DNA of 56,758 nucleotides from a virus (Duplodnaviria; Caudoviricetes): IMG/VR virus record IMGVR_UViG_3300046824_000124, positions 1 to 56,758 of that record; one strand, 5' to 3'. Shown piece by piece: positions 52,807 to 56,758 of this stretch (position 1 is its first letter; each line of letters starts with the position of its first letter). The notes under the pieces were generated by a model. It saw only the letters and a program-made list of their open reading frames with translations, ran no database searches and was not told where the DNA came from. The position numbers and the translations under genes were made by a program.

Positions 52807-53088
52807 GTGCGGTATCCTTTCTTCGACATCATCGCAAAGGCTGGTTTGCAGCAGCGCGCATTGGCGCGACTGATGAACCAAGACGAGAGCGTGGTAACGC
52901 GCGTGAAGAACGGGCGGGCGCGACCCACCTATCAGTTCATGGACGGAGCAGTACGCGCGCTGCGCGAGATCGGGTTGCGCAAGGCGGATGGCAGGTTCTT
53001 TACGGTGGACGATCTTTTTTTTCCTCCACTGTCCAATGCGTTGAGCGAATCGTGCGATACGGTGACGCCGGAAATGGTGGCACTGTGA
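52807..53088 (+). CDS. Cro-like XRE protein
   Basis: GLQQRALARLMNQDESVVTRVKNGRARP...TVDDLF; GGGGAGG RBS. Confidence 0.8.
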   Translation: MRYPFFDIIAKAGLQQRALARLMNQDESVVTRVKNGRARPTYQFMDGAVRALREIGLRKADGRFFTVDDLFFPPLSNALSESCDTVTPEMVAL

Positions 53089-53235
53089 TGGATGCTGACC
53101 TCGCCAATCCCACCGTCCACGCCGCCCTGATGGCCTTCTACGCGGACGGCTCCCACGTAACTCCGTCACACGATAACGCACAAGAGGGGCGAAATGCTGG
53201 TTTTGTACCGGGAAGGAAGGAGGTGAATACGACAG

Positions 53236-53463
53236 ATGGCACGCACACGGTACGACGGTCTCCGCGACGAGACCGACGGGCTCATGGATCGCACGGCACG
53301 GCTGTTACGGCTGCGCGATTACGTAGACCGGGAGATCGCGGTGCAGCACACGCGGACACGCACGGCGCTAATCCGCGAGGCGGAACGGCGCAAGGACGGC
53401 AATCCGCGGCGACTGGCGGCAATGCTGGGATCGAACGCTGATACGTCCGACCCAGCCCTCTGA
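53236..53463 (+). CDS. Hypothetical protein
   Basis: AAGGAGGTGA RBS. Confidence 0.7.
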   Translation: MARTRYDGLRDETDGLMDRTARLLRLRDYVDREIAVQHTRTRTALIREAERRKDGNPRRLAAMLGSNADTSDPAL

Positions 53464-53491
53464 CATGGAATCTGGCTGAGGAGATTGTAGC

Positions 53492-53749
53492 ATGTACAGA
53501 CACCTTGTCAATCACATCACCGCCGAGAGCACCGCCACCATCCGCGCGGCGCTCCTCGACTGCCACACCCACGGCACCCCCGCCATCATCACCTTCACAT
53601 CGGAGGGTGAGGACTGCGGCGTGCTGGCGGAAGTCGCGGACACCGGGCCGGAGGTCGTCACATTGTTTCCGTTCCAGGCGGGAATGCTAGTAGCGGTGGC
53701 GTGGCGGGCGATTACGTCAGTTGAGGCGTGGACGGGAGGCATTGCATGA
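53492..53749 (+). CDS. Hypothetical protein
   Basis: GAGGAG RBS. Confidence 0.7.
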   Translation: MYRHLVNHITAESTATIRAALLDCHTHGTPAIITFTSEGEDCGVLAEVADTGPEVVTLFPFQAGMLVAVAWRAITSVEAWTGGIA

Positions 53750-54042
53750 CCGCTTTCACGCCAGGGCCGTGGCAACTCGACCTCTGGCCAAAACTCCGCA
53801 TGGAGCATGAGCCTGTCATGAGCGCGTGCATCGTGGAGCAATCAGGCGGCGTGGTCGCAGGGCTCAACGGCTGGGACGAAATGAACGAAGCCGATGCTCG
53901 TCTCATGGCGGCCGCGCCCGATCTGTACCGCGTACTCAGTGGCGTTTATCGCGCCCTCATCGGAACATCCGTTATCTCTGGTAGAGCAGAAATGATCGCG
54001 GACATTGCACTCGTCCTTATGAAAGCACGCGGTGAAGCATGA
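53746..54042 (+). CDS. Phage early protein (FTPGPW...ADARLMAAAPDLY)
   Basis: Recognisable motif; ATGA overlap. Confidence 0.75.
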   Translation: MTAFTPGPWQLDLWPKLRMEHEPVMSACIVEQSGGVVAGLNGWDEMNEADARLMAAAPDLYRVLSGVYRALIGTSVISGRAEMIADIALVLMKARGEA

Positions 54043-54329
54043 GCAACAACCGTGACGCCGAGCGCGAGTTCTTCCGCAAGGTGGACGAGGGCACCGCGAC
54101 GGCCGAAGACATCATCAACCCCAACGACGACGTGCTGCGCCTCCTCGCCGCCGCATGGTTTGAGAAGCCCGTCCTGTGCGTCACATCGGGTGATCTGGAG
54201 ATCTATCGGGCACGGTGGGCGTGGCTGATCGAGCAGGTATTGAGACGAGCGGAGGAGAAGCATGGACTCGCACCGGCGGCATCTCCGCTCGGTTCCTATT
54301 TCATCTACGGCGGGGAGAGCAAGCGATGA
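54039..54329 (+). CDS. Hypothetical protein
   Basis: ATGA overlaps. Confidence 0.65.
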   Translation: MSNNRDAEREFFRKVDEGTATAEDIINPNDDVLRLLAAAWFEKPVLCVTSGDLEIYRARWAWLIEQVLRRAEEKHGLAPAASPLGSYFIYGGESKR

Positions 54330-54643
54330 GTGATCGCTGGACCCTGACCTCCGAACAGACAGCCATCCTTGCGCACGACGCCCTGCTTGCGGCACGGGGC
54401 GCAAAGAAGGCGCAGATGGCACCTGCCGATCCCATCCCCGCCCTGCATGCCGGGGGCGCTTTGTACGAGCCCTCTCAGGCCGCGCCACGACACAACGGCA
54501 TCCTGTTCGCGGTGATCGTCGTCCTGACGCTCCTGGGGGCGTTGGCAGGCCTGGTGAGGCGGTTACGAGAGCCGCTTGGCATGGCGGCATTCGCCCTGAT
54601 CGTCGCGGTGGCTGCGATCATGGCAACGCGGGGAGGGCGCTGA
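54326..54643 (+). CDS. Membrane protein (two C-terminal TM segments)
   Basis: ATGA overlap; hydrophobic segments. Confidence 0.65.
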   Translation: MSDRWTLTSEQTAILAHDALLAARGAKKAQMAPADPIPALHAGGALYEPSQAAPRHNGILFAVIVVLTLLGALAGLVRRLREPLGMAAFALIVAVAAIMATRGGR

Positions 54644-54909
54644 TGGCAACAGAGCCAGAACCCCTCCCTGCGTGGTTGCTTCTCTTGATCCCCACAACAG
54701 ATGCGGCGCGTGCCCAGGTGGAGCGCGAAATCAAGGTCATCCGCCACCGGCACGCGCTCCTCTGGCGCGACAAACCAGTGCCCGCAGCGCGCCCACTGAG
54801 TCCTGAGCGATGCGAGGTACTGCGGCGCGGCCTGAGCACGTTCGAGTGCGACGAGCGCAGCGGCTACCGGCCGGTGCTGCACCTTGAGGAAGTGGGAGGT
54901 GAGCAATGA
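54643..54909 (+). CDS. Hypothetical protein
   Basis: TGATG coupling. Confidence 0.6.
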   Translation: MATEPEPLPAWLLLLIPTTDAARAQVEREIKVIRHRHALLWRDKPVPAARPLSPERCEVLRRGLSTFECDERSGYRPVLHLEEVGGEQ

Positions 54910-55271
54910 GCGCGCAGTCGCTGCCCGCATGGCTACCGGAGGCCATCGCGCGCTACGAGGCGGGCGAAAGCTCGCACATCCTGAAGGCAGCGTATCACGC
55001 GGACGTCTCGCACTGGTTCGCCAAGGTCGGCATGGGATTACGTTCGAAGGCTGAGGCTGCGGCGCTTGCTAGGGAGCGTCAATGGGGCGGTATCGTCCTG
55101 AGAAGCGCCTGCCCGGAACGCATCACTGAATGGATCAATGCGGGGCGGAACGCGGCGCTGGAGGACAACATCGCGCGCCTCGCAGTGAGTAACGCCGATG
55201 ACGAAGCGCATGCACACACCGCCCTCATCATCGGGCCTGCATATTGGTCTCTACGGTGGGGGCGTCGATGA
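54906..55271 (+). CDS. Hypothetical protein with HTH-like N-terminus
   Basis: IARYEAGESS..L...Y.......F.KVGMGLRS; GGAGGTGA RBS. Confidence 0.65.
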   Translation: MSAQSLPAWLPEAIARYEAGESSHILKAAYHADVSHWFAKVGMGLRSKAEAAALARERQWGGIVLRSACPERITEWINAGRNAALEDNIARLAVSNADDEAHAHTALIIGPAYWSLRWGRR

Positions 55272-55516
55272 ATGCAGAGCCACGGGTAGTCACCGCGACC
55301 AACTTCCAGCGGAACATCGGTGCACACATGGATAACGCGCACGCGGGCGAAACGATCATCGTTGCGAATCACAGGCGCGTTCGGTTGGTGCTGATGGGCG
55401 TGAAGGAATGGGAGGAGCTGGTGGAGGCAAAGCGGTATCTCGGCGTGCTGCGCGAGGAAGCGGCGCGGCGGAAGAAGGCGATGAGCGAAGGACAGGGGAG
55501 CAAAGATGGTGACTGA
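55268..55516 (+). CDS. Orphan Phd/YefM-family antitoxin-like protein
   Basis: VTATNFQRNIGAHMDNAHAGETIIVANHRRVRLVLMGVKEWEEL. Confidence 0.75.
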   Translation: MNAEPRVVTATNFQRNIGAHMDNAHAGETIIVANHRRVRLVLMGVKEWEELVEAKRYLGVLREEAARRKKAMSEGQGSKDGD

Positions 55517-56246
55517 GAGCAACGATGAAGGGAAGGTGGTCGCGTTTGACCTGTCCCGCTTCGTGCGAACGATAAAGACGCGACAGGGCGATCAACGCTA
55601 TCTGAATGCCCGCGGGCGGCTGGCATGGCTCCGGCATGATTGGCCAGCCGCCAAGATCGCGACGGCGCAGATCGAGGCAAGCGACAAGCATGCGCGCTTT
55701 CAATGCGTGATCGAACTGCCCAACGGCGCGACTGCAACGGGACATGGATCAGAGACTCTCCAGGACTTCCCGGACTTCTATGAGAAAGCAGAGACAAAGG
55801 CGATGGCGCGGGCCTGCGCGGTGCTCGGCTACGGCACCGAGGGCGCGTTAGACCTGGACGACGACGAGCCCCTTGATGGTCTACCGGCCGCCAAAGGTGA
55901 GCGCGCGGCACGGCGGATGGATGATCGGCAGCGGCAACAGGTGGACGCGCAACACGCACAGAACGTGACGCCGGCGCAGCCACCGCCCTCGAACCTCCCC
56001 GCAACCCGTAGGGCTGCACGCACCATCGGTTCCGCGCAGGATGCGCCTGCGGGACCGTCAGACGATGACGCGGTACTCAGGGACGAACTGCGGGAGTTAG
56101 GGACGCGCGGCTTCGACTTGAATCGGTTCTTGACTGGCAGGAACAAGGAACTTGACGATCTCACCCGTGGCGAGTTGGAGGGCATCCTGCCGACCGCGCG
56201 TGAGGTCGTGCGCAAGCGGGTGGAGAAGCTGACGGCGCAATCGTAA
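55506..56246 (+). CDS. Single-strand annealing recombinase (Rad52/Sak-like)
   Basis: YLNARGRL.W...ATGHGSET..DF.DFYEKAETKAMARACAVLGYG. Confidence 0.75.
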   Translation: MVTESNDEGKVVAFDLSRFVRTIKTRQGDQRYLNARGRLAWLRHDWPAAKIATAQIEASDKHARFQCVIELPNGATATGHGSETLQDFPDFYEKAETKAMARACAVLGYGTEGALDLDDDEPLDGLPAAKGERAARRMDDRQRQQVDAQHAQNVTPAQPPPSNLPATRRAARTIGSAQDAPAGPSDDDAVLRDELRELGTRGFDLNRFLTGRNKELDDLTRGELEGILPTAREVVRKRVEKLTAQS

Positions 56247-56262
56247 GAATCGAGCATGGTAG

Positions 56263-56758
56263 ATGGCGTTCTACACCCCGTCGCATAGCGACCTCGCCCG
56301 ACATCGGAAGACGAAACGGTTCATGCGTGCCCTCGACGTTGGCACGGTGGCCGCAATCGGGCATCTCCACCTCTTCTGGCACTGGGTCTTAGAGTTCGCC
56401 CCTTCCGGCGACATCTCCTTCGACCGCTTCACCTGCGAGGACATCGCGGACGGCGCACTCTGGGAGGGTGACGCCCTCCCATTCCTCGAAGCACTCGTAA
56501 CCTCCGGGTTCGTGGATCGTGAGGCTGATCGCCTTGCGGTTCACGAGTGGGATACCTACGGCGGCAAGTTCCAGAAGAAGCTCGCCTACGACCGGGAACG
56601 CAAGCGTGCCAAGGGGAAATCCGCTGACGGCGACGGACTTCCAACGGACATCCTAGAGCCTTCCAACGGAATTCCACGGAATTCCACGGAAGAAGATGGA
56701 GCGCCTCGGAATTCACAACGCAAAGAAAAAGAAAAAGAAGAGAAAGAGGGATTAACTC
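56263..56758 (+). CDS. Phage replication initiator, 5' part (runs off the end, continues at 135-505)
   Basis: MAFYTPSHSDLARHRKTKRF...GHLHLFWHW...GD...FLEALVTSGFVD...VHEWDTYGGK; no stop before the end. Confidence 0.85.
   Translation, partial: MAFYTPSHSDLARHRKTKRFMRALDVGTVAAIGHLHLFWHWVLEFAPSGDISFDRFTCEDIADGALWEGDALPFLEALVTSGFVDREADRLAVHEWDTYGGKFQKKLAYDRERKRAKGKSADGDGLPTDILEPSNGIPRNSTEEDGAPRNSQRKEKEKEEKEGLT
56631..56758. repeat. Terminal direct repeat, right copy
   Basis: Matches 1-134 minus one GAAAAA unit. Confidence 0.95.

Noticed and set aside
1-56758. tRNA or rRNA genes
   Set aside because: No cloverleaf with T-loop and D-loop consensus or rRNA-like segment noticed by eye; tRNAscan-SE or ARAGORN would be needed to exclude them

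Overview
The window is an apparently complete, circularly permuted ~56.6 kb temperate siphovirus-like phage genome. The last 128 nt repeat the first 134 nt except for one GAAAAA unit, and the cut falls inside the replication initiator gene. It is GC-rich; the host is probably a high-GC monoderm such as Chloroflexota, which is an inference only. Gene order: replication (initiator with internal iterons, DnaC-like loader); accessory early genes (LAGLIDADG endonuclease, a frameshifted DNA methyltransferase, PD-(D/E)XK nuclease, VUT transporter); late regulator and promoter; ParB-methyltransferase; terminases and portal; ~6 kb of extra virion genes; head; tail (with a -1 frameshift chaperone and a tape measure protein carrying cell-wall hydrolase domains); lysis; large serine integrase; repressor/cro switch; recombination genes. 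The standout locus is 5807-7562: a Cas7/RAMP-like gene, then a ~510 nt non-coding array of six tracts of GGY-NN pentamers separated by two alternating conserved hairpin linkers, then a partner gene. This looks like a phage-encoded RNA-guided system with a non-contiguous guide code (VIPR-like), not a CRISPR array. Other notable items: (1) a duplicated small-ORF plus RBS-sequestering RNA leader in front of both the major capsid and major tail genes; (2) three antisense cassettes that share a promoter and leader and each carry their own DNA-binding gene, resembling acr-aca operons; (3) a double-palindrome tandem repeat over the integrase start; (4) a 4-nt insertion in the catalytic motif of a methyltransferase next to a homing endonuclease. 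All functional calls come from motif recognition by eye; no database searches were run.
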